Assembly (NCBI GenBank): GCA_965649265.1
Contig: CBFGKC010000010.1
Coordinates: forward strand, 1,292 to 65,291
DNA length: 64,000 nucleotides
Direction of reading: 5' to 3'
Source of the DNA: a candidate division WOR-3 bacterium
GTDB taxonomy: Bacteria; Hydrothermota; Tepidihabitantia; B3-TA06
The notes under the pieces are model-generated. The model saw only the letters and a list, made by a program, of their open reading frames with translations. It searched no databases and was not told the DNA's origin. The first letter of the stretch is position 1. Each line of letters begins with the position of its first letter. Shown here piece after piece: positions 9,463 through 18,490 of the stretch. A program made the position numbers and the translations under genes.

Positions 9463-10557
9463 TCAGCCTTTTTTGGAGGCCTTATGACCGTATCTTGCGA
9501 TGTAAGCCTCGGTTTTGCGCCGGGCGATATAGTCGGGATACTGATGAGGAGGAGACTTGAAGAAGTAACTCGAAGGATCGACGATTGCACCTTTAAGGCC
9601 GTGATCGAGTGCGAGTTTGGCGCAGCGGATGGCATCAATCATCACCCCGGCGGAATTCGGCGAATCCCATACCTCAAGCTTGAGTTCGAGATTGAGTGGA
9701 ACGTCTCCGAAGGTCTGGCCTTCCATGCGGAGATGGCACCATTTGCGGTCCTTGAGCCAGGCGACGTAGTCGGAGGGACCCACGTGGACGTTGTCGGCGC
9801 CCATGTCGTATGGAAGCATGGACGTAACGGCGCGCGTCTTGGATATTTTTTTGGATTCAAGCCTCTCCCGCTCCAGCATGTTTAGAAAATCCGTATTGCC
9901 CCCCACATTGAGCTGACTTGTGTGGAGGAGTTTTACCCCGCGTTCGTAAAACAGAGTCGTGAGGACACGGTGAACGATTGTCGCTCCCACCTGGGACTTG
10001 ACGTCGTCACCTAGCACGGGCAGTCCCTTTGATCGAAAACGCTTCGGCCAGTAACCGCCGGATGCGATGAAGACAGGGATGCCGTTGACAAAGGCGCATC
10101 CTGCATCCAAGACCTGCTCAACGTACCACTTAGTCGCTTCCTCGGAACCTACAGGAAGGAAATTTACGACCACGTCGGCCTTCTGCTCACGAAGAAGTCT
10201 TGGGATATCGGCAGTAGGACCGGGAGCTTTTTTGATAATCTGGGAAAGATACTTACCAAGACCATCATGGGTCATGCCGCGAACGACTCGTACCCCAAGC
10301 TTGGGAACTTTTGAAAAAACGAAGGTATTGTTGGGGATCGTGTAAATAGCCTGGGCTAAATCCTTACCAACCTTGTTTTTATCAATATCAATACCCAATA
10401 CAAACTCGATATCGGAAACGTGGTAGCCGCCCAGGTTCACGTGCATAAGACCGGGAATAACTTCGTTTACCTTTGCGTTGCGGTAAAAGTGAACTCCCTG
10501 AACTAGCGAACTGGCGCAATTTCCTACACCTATGATTGCTACTCTTATCTTACCCAT
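9463..10557 (-). CDS. ino1: myo-Inositol-1-phosphate synthase (Ino1 family, bacterial/archaeal short type)
   Basis: N-terminal Rossmann segment [20 protein letters not shown] is almost identical to the mycobacterial and archaeal MIPS motif ([19 protein letters not shown]). The protein is 364 aa. Confidence 0.8.
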   Translation of the reverse strand: MGKIRVAIIGVGNCASSLVQGVHFYRNAKVNEVIPGLMHVNLGGYHVSDIEFVLGIDIDKNKVGKDLAQAIYTIPNNTFVFSKVPKLGVRVVRGMTHDGLGKYLSQIIKKAPGPTADIPRLLREQKADVVVNFLPVGSEEATKWYVEQVLDAGCAFVNGIPVFIASGGYWPKRFRSKGLPVLGDDVKSQVGATIVHRVLTTLFYERGVKLLHTSQLNVGGNTDFLNMLERERLESKKISKTRAVTSMLPYDMGADNVHVGPSDYVAWLKDRKWCHLRMEGQTFGDVPLNLELKLEVWDSPNSAGVMIDAIRCAKLALDHGLKGAIVDPSSYFFKSPPHQYPDYIARRKTEAYIARYGHKASKKG

Positions 10558-10620
10558 TGCGGCTCCTTCAACTTGATTATTTAGACGTATAGTCTATGTA
10601 TAGGGTCAAGGATGTCAAGG

Positions 10621-11985
10621 CTAATCGGCGCGACCAGTGTTCAAGTTATCGTGGTGAAATCTCGGCCACGCTGAGGAAGCAAGCCCTTTCGATGAGCCGT
10701 AGACGGCGTAGACGTAACCGTCATATGAAGCAAAGTATACTGTTCCGTCATAGCCTATGGCCGGTCCTGATTTGATGCTGGTACCGGATTTTGTGTCATA
10801 CTCCCACTTCAGAGTCCCGTCTGAATTGATTGCATAAAAAATCCCGAAAGGCGTACCGAAATAAATCACACCGTCCGCCCCGACGGCAGGAGTAGAGGAA
10901 ACAAAGAATTCAGAGGTGGCGTCAAATCCCCAAAGCTTGCTTCCGTTCGCTGGATTTAAAGCATACAAATAACCTTCTGAAGAACCCAGATATACTGTGC
11001 CATCTTCAGCTATTGCCACCGAGGTCGTCACCGGTCCTGAGGTTTTGAACTCCCACTTCTTTTGACCCTGTGGACTATACGCATAGAGATAGGTATCATC
11101 TGAACCTACGTAAACGGTCCCATCTGATGCTATTGCCGGAGTCGTCTCAATTGACTCCTGCGTTTTCTCCGACCATTTTTTAGTTCCATTGGACGCACTC
11201 ACCGCGTAAAGATAACCTGCATCATCTCCAACGTAAACAGTCCCATCGGACGAGATGGATGGAGAACTCATAATCCTGTCGGTGGTTTTAAACTTCCATT
11301 TTACGCTGCCGTCCGACGGGTTAAGGGCGTAAAGATAATCTTCATACTCCTCAGTAACGGGCAAACGTTCCCTGCCTCCAAAGTATACCGTACCGTCCGC
11401 AGCAATTGCCGGCGAAGTGTGCACGTTGCTCGCGGTACCGAACTTCCACTTCAGAGTCCCGTCTGAATTGATGGCATAAAGGAAGTAGTCGTAAGATCCT
11501 ATATAGATGGTTCCATCCTCGGCAATCGCCGGTGATGAATGGAAAAAGGATCCGCTCGCATAGGCCCATAACAGGTTCCCGTCTGGATCGAACGCGTAAA
11601 GCGAATCCGAATATGAACCTATATACATCGTACCGGCAGAAGATATGGCAGGAGAGGATGCGACGAACGATTTTGTTCTGTACTTCCATTTCAATGTTCC
11701 AAGCATACCAAGTGTGGCTTCGACAATAAGTGTATCACCCATATCGACATTGACCTTTTTTTGCCATAAGCCGTAGCCTGATAGTTCGAGAGAAAGATCA
11801 TGTTCGCCTTTGGACACGTTTTCTAGAACGCAAGGAGTCTTGAGGGAGGTGAGACTGTCATCAATCGTGACCTGAGCCCCGGAGGGGGTCGAGATAATTG
11901 ATATTGCACCGGGCTTGTTTACGACACTGCAACTTGAGATTATCGCTAAACATACGAAGCAGATGAAAACCATTAAAACACGCAT
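10621..11985 (-). CDS. Lipoprotein with an N-terminal PEGA domain and a PQQ-like (BamB-like) beta-propeller
   Basis: Signal peptide with a Cys lipobox (AIISSCSV). PEGA-like segment STPSGAQVTIDD...GEHDLSLELSGYG. Repeated blade motifs of the type 'GTVY.GS.DG.LYA...G...W.F'. C-terminal WPRFHHDNLNTGRA. Confidence 0.7.
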   Translation of the reverse strand: MRVLMVFICFVCLAIISSCSVVNKPGAISIISTPSGAQVTIDDSLTSLKTPCVLENVSKGEHDLSLELSGYGLWQKKVNVDMGDTLIVEATLGMLGTLKWKYRTKSFVASSPAISSAGTMYIGSYSDSLYAFDPDGNLLWAYASGSFFHSSPAIAEDGTIYIGSYDYFLYAINSDGTLKWKFGTASNVHTSPAIAADGTVYFGGRERLPVTEEYEDYLYALNPSDGSVKWKFKTTDRIMSSPSISSDGTVYVGDDAGYLYAVSASNGTKKWSEKTQESIETTPAIASDGTVYVGSDDTYLYAYSPQGQKKWEFKTSGPVTTSVAIAEDGTVYLGSSEGYLYALNPANGSKLWGFDATSEFFVSSTPAVGADGVIYFGTPFGIFYAINSDGTLKWEYDTKSGTSIKSGPAIGYDGTVYFASYDGYVYAVYGSSKGLASSAWPRFHHDNLNTGRAD

Positions 11986-12082
11986 AACTCTCCTTGTTTA
12001 TGTCTGAGGCTACTCAGGGATTTGAAGATGTCAATAATGAGTTATACCTACTGACAGTCTCGGACACGCTTTTTTGCACAGT

Positions 12083-13858
12083 TCAATTAGCTCGTCCTGT
12101 ATTACCGTTATCGTGATGAAACCGGGGCCACGGACTCAAAGCAAGACCGTTGGAAGTACATCGAAGGGCGTAAAGCAACCCGTCACTTGATCCCACGATC
12201 AATGTCCCATCAGGAGCTATTGCCGGAGAGGACTTAACACTTCCGCCTGTCTTGTATCTCCAACATAATTCTCCGTTCGAACCTACAGCATAAACGTATC
12301 CCTCGGTCGAACCGAAATAAACGATGCCGTCTAAACCCAGGGTTACGGACGATTGAATGGGGCTTTGCGTAGAGTAACGCCATTTAAGCTCACCCGACGA
12401 CGAAAGAGCGTACAGGAAGGAATCGTTTGAACCGAAATAGACAGTGCCGTCCACGCCTATTGCAGGAGAACCCAGAATGCTTCCCCCCGTCTCATAGCTC
12501 CATTTTTTGACCCCATCGGACGTCAATGCGTACAAACAGCCGTCGTCGCATCCAAAGTAGATATTACCCTGACCGTCAATGGCAGGCGACGAGTTTAGAG
12601 CACCCTGCGCCTTGAATCGCCATTTCAAGCTTCCCTGGGGAGTCAGCGCATAGATATATTCATCCTGGCATCCAAAGAGTATCGTACCGTCCACAGCAAT
12701 GCAGGGGGATGCCGTGACCTTAGTCATATCCTCCTCACCTATCTCAAAAGCCCACTTCATGGTGCTGTCAGGATTTAGAGCGTAAAGATAATCAACCATT
12801 TCCAACGTCACGATTCTGCGAGCGCTGGCGCCTATATAGATGGTGCCGTCTACACCAATGGCGGGGGAGGTACTTATGTCGGTCGAGGAGCCGTATCTCC
12901 ATTCCAATGCACCGGAAGGATCGATGGAGTAAATGTAGTTGTCGCAAGAACCGAAGTAGATAGTGCCATCGGAAGCCACTGCAGGCGACGATTGAATGAA
13001 GAGACCTGTAGCATAGCTCCACTTTATATTGCCACCCTGGTTCAAGGCATAGGTGGAATTCGATAAGGAAGTTACGTACACTGTACCGTCGTCGGCTATC
13101 GCAGGCGAGGATTCAACTATACCGGCCGTATTGAAGGACCATAATTTTCTATTATCAAGATTAGCCTGAACTTCAGCAGTATCGTCGGTTTTGACTTCGA
13201 CCGTCGTATAATAATCCAGATAGTTCTCAAGGACTAACTTGATCGTATATGTTCCAGGTTTAAGTGAAGCAAAAGTGACGTTTGTGGTGCGACCGGTAAG
13301 ACTATCGTTGAGGTAGATGCTTGCTTTTTCAGGAGTCGATTTTATGGAGATCGCCCCCTGGTCCGGCCTGAGATTCAATTTAACCGTTTTCGTTTCACCC
13401 TTTACGAGAACGACGCTCGTATCGGCGTCAATGTACCCGTCAAGGACCAGGTGGATATTGTGGCTGCCCTCGCTGAGACTCGTAAAAAAGTAGTTCGTTT
13501 TGCGACCCGAGTCGGTTCCGTCTATCCATATCGTCGCTCCGCGCGGTTCGGATTGAACACTAAGACCTGTACTGTCTATTTTGAGTTTAGCCTCAACCAG
13601 TGCAGTGTCTCCCTCCTGGACATTGACGGTATCTGCGACAGATATGTAACCCGGATACTCTAAACGAATGATGTGTTCGCCTGGAGGTACATTTTCCAAG
13701 ATGCAGTTCGTCTGAAATCCTGTAAGACTGTCATCCATTATTACTTCCAACCCCTGGGGGGTCGATCTGACATCTATCCAACCAATGGTTTCTGTATCAA
13801 TACAATTCGATAACCCAAGGATAACGTAAACAATCAACAAGAACTTTTTAAGGTTCAC
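12083..13858 (-). CDS. Lipoprotein with three PEGA domains and a PQQ-like beta-propeller. It is a paralog of the preceding gene.
   Basis: Three segments of the form 'S.P.GA.I.IDG......T......L..G.H.I.L...GY' are followed by propeller blades. The C-terminus WPRFHHDNGNTGRAN is shared with the neighbouring gene. Confidence 0.7.
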   Translation of the reverse strand: MNLKKFLLIVYVILGLSNCIDTETIGWIDVRSTPQGLEVIMDDSLTGFQTNCILENVPPGEHIIRLEYPGYISVADTVNVQEGDTALVEAKLKIDSTGLSVQSEPRGATIWIDGTDSGRKTNYFFTSLSEGSHNIHLVLDGYIDADTSVVLVKGETKTVKLNLRPDQGAISIKSTPEKASIYLNDSLTGRTTNVTFASLKPGTYTIKLVLENYLDYYTTVEVKTDDTAEVQANLDNRKLWSFNTAGIVESSPAIADDGTVYVTSLSNSTYALNQGGNIKWSYATGLFIQSSPAVASDGTIYFGSCDNYIYSIDPSGALEWRYGSSTDISTSPAIGVDGTIYIGASARRIVTLEMVDYLYALNPDSTMKWAFEIGEEDMTKVTASPCIAVDGTILFGCQDEYIYALTPQGSLKWRFKAQGALNSSPAIDGQGNIYFGCDDGCLYALTSDGVKKWSYETGGSILGSPAIGVDGTVYFGSNDSFLYALSSSGELKWRYSTQSPIQSSVTLGLDGIVYFGSTEGYVYAVGSNGELCWRYKTGGSVKSSPAIAPDGTLIVGSSDGLLYALRCTSNGLALSPWPRFHHDNGNTGRAN

Positions 13859-14138
13859 TATATCTCCTGTTGCTTAGACTATAGGTTTAAATGGAGAATA
13901 CTTATCTAGACCGCACAAGTCAATAAAGAATTTGCCCTATACGATTCAACTGAGATATAATAATTAGCCTTGTGATTGCAAATAAGCATTTTAAATATCG
14001 ACAGAGCAACCATACTAAGGCCTTTTTCCGAACCCAGTAAATCTTCGCTCCTTGTATATTTCTCCCCAAAAGGGAATATATCCTGTGACTAATGGTATTA
14101 AAGGGCATGAAAGCAAACCTAAACTCAAGGAGGCTGGA

Positions 14139-16571
14139 ATGAAGCTCTCTAAACTTTCACTGATACTGCCTGCAGCGGCCGCACTGATGCTGAACTGCGG
14201 CAAGCTCCAGGCACAGGAGAATGGAGCGCAGGAAATCGCCTCTGGTGATATAACCCAGGGATCGCTTCGTCTCGTAAAGGACGGCAAGACATTAGAACTG
14301 CCGTTAAAGCATACAGATGTGGACGCGAAGATTACCGGCTACATCGCACGCGTAAAGGTAGTCCAGCACTACACCAACCCATACGACAAGCCTATCGAGG
14401 CCGTGTACGTCTTCCCGTTGCCCGAGAATTCGGCGGTGGACGACATGACCATGAAGATAGGTGATAAGATCATCAAGGGCGTCATAAAGAAACGCGAAGA
14501 GGCCAAACAAATATACGAACAGGCCAAACAGCAGGGCAAGACCGCAAGCCTCCTTGAACAGGAGAGGCCCAACATCTTCACGCAGTCGGTGGCCAACATT
14601 CTGCCCGGCGATGATATATATATAGAGATAAGTTACGTGCAGGATCTGAGGTACGATCACGGCACGTACGAATACCAGTTCCCGATGGTCGTGGGCCCCC
14701 GCTATATCCCGGGCGAGCAGTCCGGCAAGAACACAGGCGGCGGATGGTCGGACAACACCGACAGGGTGCCTGACGCGTCGAGGATCACTCCTCCCGTACT
14801 CAAGCCCGAATACCGTTCAGGCCACGACATAAGCCTGAAGCTGACGGTGGACGCCGGCGTTCCTATCCAGAACTTCACCTGCCCCTCCCACAAGATAAAG
14901 GAACTCTCAAAGACCGAGTCGAGCGTGACAGTTGAGATTGAGCAAGGTGACCAGATACCCAACAAGGATTTCATCTTCAGATACGACGTCGCCGGCAAGA
15001 AGCCGGAGTATGCGCTTCTGACACATGCCACTGCCGAAGGTGACGGCTACTTCATGCTCATGATCCAGCCCAAGGCCGAGTTCAAGATTGACGAGATCAC
15101 GCCGCGTGACCTGATCTTCGTACTCGACTGCTCGGGCTCAATGTCGGGCGAACCCATTGAGAAGGTCAAGGAAGCGATGCGGATGACCATCGAGAACATG
15201 CATCCCAAGGATTATTTCCAGATAATCAAGTTCTCGAACCAGCCCGAAAGCTTTGCCGAGGCGCCTGTCCCCAACACCCCGGAGAACGTAAAAAAGGCTC
15301 TTGCCTACATAGACCAGATTGACGGCAACGGCGGAACCGAGATGCTTTTGGGGGTGAATAAAGCATTAAGCTATCCCCGCAACCCCGAGCGCCGCAGGTT
15401 CGTGTTCTTCATGTCCGACGGCTACGTAGGCAACGAAGCCGAGATCGTCGCGGCCGTCGAACAGAACCGCGGAGACGCAAGGGTATTCTCAATGGGCGTC
15501 GGTTCGAGTCCCAACCGGTTCCTCATCAGCAAAATAGCGGAAGCAGGTCGTGGCTACGCCGTTTACTGCCGCCAGGACGAAGATCCCAAGAAGGCCGTGA
15601 CACTCTTCTACGAGAGAATAGCCAAGCCCTTCCTCATGGATATCGAAATTGACTGGGGCGGTCTCCAGGTCGCCGAGGTCTTCCCCAAGGAAGTACCCGA
15701 TCTTTTCGCGGGCCAGCCCGTCATCATCCACGGTCGCTACACTAAATCGGGTCAGGCCACGATAAAGATAAAGGGCAAGATCGCGGGCAAGCCCGTAGTC
15801 CAGGAAATTCCGGTCGTATTCCCTGCGGTTCAAAATGAGCATGATGTAATCGCAACGCTCTGGGCAAGAACCAAGATCGAGAAGCTCATGGATGACAGCT
15901 ACAACCAGGGCGAGACCGAGGACATCGTGAACGCGGTCACCGAACTGGCACTCAAGTACAAGATAATGAGCAAGTACACGTCCTTCGTTGCCGTTTCCGA
16001 GGAAGTCCGCAACGTCGGCGGCAAGCAAGAGACCGTACAGGTGCCGATCCCGATGCCCGAAGGCGTCTCCTATGAAGGCGTTTTCGGCGAGGAAGCCGAG
16101 ATGAGCCGCAGCATGGGCGGGATGGGCTACGCTCCTGTGCCTGCAAACGGCAAGCTCGCATCAAAGCAATACTATATCTCGCCAAGTACCACTGCGACCA
16201 AGACCAAGGACGAGAGTGATGACAAACCGCAAGAGATACCTGTATCGGGAACAGCTTCCTACGAAAATCTGACCATACTCGGCGGTCTCGATGAGGCTTC
16301 AGCAACCCAGGTCCTGGATGCGGCAAAGACGAAGATAGAATCGATGTACCTGCAGCACCTTCACCTGGATGCCTCGCTTGCGGGCCGGGTCGTCCTAAGC
16401 ATAACCCTCAAGGCTGACGGCTCCATAGATGACGTAACAGTAAAGTCCTCAACTACAGGAAACGACAAGTTTGACAAGGCCTTAAAGGCCGAAGTAAAGA
16501 AGCTGCGCTTCCCCGCTTCGTCGGACGGCGGCAAGGTAATAATCACCGTCGCATGGGTGTTTAATATCTAG
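14139..16571 (+). CDS. VIT domain + von Willebrand factor A domain protein with a C-terminal TonB_C-like domain, secreted
   Basis: Signal peptide MKLSKLSLILPAAAALMLNCG, with AGGAGG at the right distance before 14139. VIT region (TGYIARVKVVQHYTNPYDKPIEAVYVFPLPENSAV...). vWA MIDAS segment LIFVLDCSGSMSGEPI. The C-terminal region LAGRVVLSITLKADGSIDDVTVKSS...FDKALKAEVKKLRFP...VIITVAWVFNI has the TonB C-terminal-domain pattern. Confidence 0.75.
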   Translation: MKLSKLSLILPAAAALMLNCGKLQAQENGAQEIASGDITQGSLRLVKDGKTLELPLKHTDVDAKITGYIARVKVVQHYTNPYDKPIEAVYVFPLPENSAVDDMTMKIGDKIIKGVIKKREEAKQIYEQAKQQGKTASLLEQERPNIFTQSVANILPGDDIYIEISYVQDLRYDHGTYEYQFPMVVGPRYIPGEQSGKNTGGGWSDNTDRVPDASRITPPVLKPEYRSGHDISLKLTVDAGVPIQNFTCPSHKIKELSKTESSVTVEIEQGDQIPNKDFIFRYDVAGKKPEYALLTHATAEGDGYFMLMIQPKAEFKIDEITPRDLIFVLDCSGSMSGEPIEKVKEAMRMTIENMHPKDYFQIIKFSNQPESFAEAPVPNTPENVKKALAYIDQIDGNGGTEMLLGVNKALSYPRNPERRRFVFFMSDGYVGNEAEIVAAVEQNRGDARVFSMGVGSSPNRFLISKIAEAGRGYAVYCRQDEDPKKAVTLFYERIAKPFLMDIEIDWGGLQVAEVFPKEVPDLFAGQPVIIHGRYTKSGQATIKIKGKIAGKPVVQEIPVVFPAVQNEHDVIATLWARTKIEKLMDDSYNQGETEDIVNAVTELALKYKIMSKYTSFVAVSEEVRNVGGKQETVQVPIPMPEGVSYEGVFGEEAEMSRSMGGMGYAPVPANGKLASKQYYISPSTTATKTKDESDDKPQEIPVSGTASYENLTILGGLDEASATQVLDAAKTKIESMYLQHLHLDASLAGRVVLSITLKADGSIDDVTVKSSTTGNDKFDKALKAEVKKLRFPASSDGGKVIITVAWVFNI

Positions 16572-16585
16572 CCTCCCTCCTCGGC

Positions 16586-16697
16586 ATTGGCGCTAGAGCG
16601 CCGATGCCCGCGAAGTATAGCGCCGGAAGGTCAATCGGTGGCACCTTCCGGCGCTAATTTTTTAACCCCGAAGAATCACAGAGTGATTCTTCGGGGA
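16586..16697 (+). terminator. Cluster of three hairpins after the VIT-vWA gene. The middle one is a canonical rho-independent terminator.
   Basis: A perfect 14-nt palindrome GGCGCTAGAGCGCC at 16590-16603. A 13-bp stem hairpin AGCGCCGGAAGGT / ACCTTCCGGCGCT (16619-16655) followed by TTTTTT. A third hairpin CCCCGAAGAATCAC / GTGATTCTTCGGGG at 16666-16697. Confidence 0.6.
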
Positions 16698-16780
16698 CCC
16701 ATTTCATGGATTTTTAATTGCTTGACACTTCGCACTATCGGTTTATTATGAATACAGGAAAACTTGACTCGGAGGTTAGG

Positions 16781-17119
16781 ATGCGTTTTTCAAAAATCCA
16801 GGTGGCCTTGAGTGTACTCGTCGTAACTTCAGCTTGCATCACAACGAAAAATATTGAATCAACACCGGCCAACGGCTCAATTTCTGGCAAGGTTGTTGAT
16901 GCTTTAAACGGTCAACCATTACCAGGTGTTGGTGTGTACCTTATCGGAACAGATATTGGAATAGCCACTGACGATGAAGGTTATTATTTCTTACCTAACG
17001 TTCCTGTCGGAAACTATGATGTTGAATACTCTTTAATCGGATATGAAACTTCAATACTTAAAGTTGCCAAAGCTTCCGTAAAAAAAGGGACGACGGTTAA
17101 TGTGAGACTTATGCACTGA
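16781..17119 (+). CDS. Small secreted protein consisting only of a carboxypeptidase-regulatory-like (CarboxypepD_reg) domain
   Basis: GKVVDALNGQPLPGVGVYLIGTDIGIATDDEGYYFLPNVPVGNYDVEYSLIGYE matches the CarbopepD_reg beta-sandwich that is normally N-terminal in SusC-like TonB-dependent receptors. N-terminal hydrophobic segment ALSVLVVTSACIT. Confidence 0.65.
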   Translation: MRFSKIQVALSVLVVTSACITTKNIESTPANGSISGKVVDALNGQPLPGVGVYLIGTDIGIATDDEGYYFLPNVPVGNYDVEYSLIGYETSILKVAKASVKKGTTVNVRLMH

Positions 17120-17284
17120 GAAGTTGAGATAAGAATCCAAAACATAGGATCCAGGTAAGAAACCCCTTTTGCTTATCAGGTAATACAACTTTATTGAGGT
17201 TTAAGCGTTCACATACACTTAAAATAGAGGGAATAATCCTCCTTCCAACGGGTATTTACAGGTATAAAGTCAAAGGAGGAAGCC

Positions 17285-18229
17285 ATGAAAACCTTGACTC
17301 TTACCTTGAACCCCAGGGGGTGGGTGCAAACGCTGGGTGTGGCCACGCGAAACACTTTTCTTGGAATAGTCGACACGTTACGCAACCCCCGATTGCTCAT
17401 TGGAATCGGGGTATCGGTGTTGCTCCACGCCTCGCTTTTGTTATTCCTCGTGATTAACAAGGCCGGCAAAGCAATTGACGACAACGGTGATGAAGAACAA
17501 TGGATACCGGTGGTAGTCGGCGGCAATGAAAACCCCAAGGTAACAAGGATGCTGAAAGAACAAGGGGGATCTCCCTTCACAACACCTGATGATGTGGTGA
17601 ACAGACCTCTCCTTACGCCCACGAACCCGGAGTTTCAGGCAATGGTAAATATCCCCAAGGATGCAACCGACCTCAAAGAAATCATCACGGGCGACATGCT
17701 GGTCATAAACATCTCAAAGCAGAAAACGACGGAGGAAATACTCGCTTCAGAACCGGTGATCACGCTCCGCAAGGGCGTGGGCACCACAGGCAACACGCCC
17801 TTTATGATTCCGACGGACAACTCGGCGATAAAGGATTTGTCTTTGAACAACCCCCTTTCAAACACAAAGCCGATAATAAAGAATATTGGAACAGCCAACG
17901 ATAACAATACCGTTAACCAGAACAACGTCGTAACGAAAGGCGGAAGCTTCTCCATTGAAGGTGACCTTTCCGCCTCCGATATCGTCTCCTCAGTGATGCC
18001 AGAGTATCCCTACGTTGCCCGGGTAAAAGGACTGAGCAACGTCTATGTGAGCGTGGATTTCACGGTCAATTCACAGGGTAAGGTTTCTCAAACGATGATT
18101 GTCTCGCGCTCCTCCGGTTATCCGGAATGGGATGCAAACGTGAAGCAAGCTCTGTCAAAATGGATCTTCAAACCGACAGAAATACAAAGGCGCTCGGGCA
18201 GGATTACTTTCAGGTTCGTTCTGACTTAA
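17285..18229 (+). CDS. TonB-family energy transducer (N-terminal TM anchor, Pro-rich linker, C-terminal TonB_C domain)
   Basis: AGGAGG ribosome-binding site. TM segment LLIGIGVSVLLHASLLLFLVI. C-terminal region PEYPYVARVKGLSNVYVSVDFTVNSQGKVSQTMIVSRSSGYPEWDANVKQALSKWIFKP matches the TonB_C consensus. Confidence 0.75.
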   Translation: MKTLTLTLNPRGWVQTLGVATRNTFLGIVDTLRNPRLLIGIGVSVLLHASLLLFLVINKAGKAIDDNGDEEQWIPVVVGGNENPKVTRMLKEQGGSPFTTPDDVVNRPLLTPTNPEFQAMVNIPKDATDLKEIITGDMLVINISKQKTTEEILASEPVITLRKGVGTTGNTPFMIPTDNSAIKDLSLNNPLSNTKPIIKNIGTANDNNTVNQNNVVTKGGSFSIEGDLSASDIVSSVMPEYPYVARVKGLSNVYVSVDFTVNSQGKVSQTMIVSRSSGYPEWDANVKQALSKWIFKPTEIQRRSGRITFRFVLT

Positions 18230-18248
18230 CATGCAGAGTTCGGTTCGG

Positions 18249-18282
18249 ATAAGGCGGCATCTTGAATGCCGCCTTATTGTTA
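18249..18282 (+). terminator. Hairpin terminator after tonB
   Basis: aaggcggcat-cttga-atgccgcctt forms a 10-bp stem and is followed by attgtt. Confidence 0.45.
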
Positions 18283-18490
18283 CCCCCTCCCCTATACTCC
18301 AGCCGAAACCAAGAGCAAAAGACGAATTTAAAGGATAATAGGGATAGGGCAAGAAGAGGCCATTTGCTCTAGCTGTAATTATCCGAAGCACAAGGTCGTG
18401 TTTTCTTTGAAGCTCAAGAAAGGATAGCTACAGACTAATTAAAGAAGCACTCGAATGCCCACGCTTAAGGGAAGATTGACGAACCAGGTA

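Noticed and set aside
15489-16326. Minus-strand ORFs of 179 and 124 aa within the VIT-vWA gene
   Set aside because: They lie antisense to a motif-rich coding region. The Arg/Leu-rich translations are typical of GC-skewed shadow frames.
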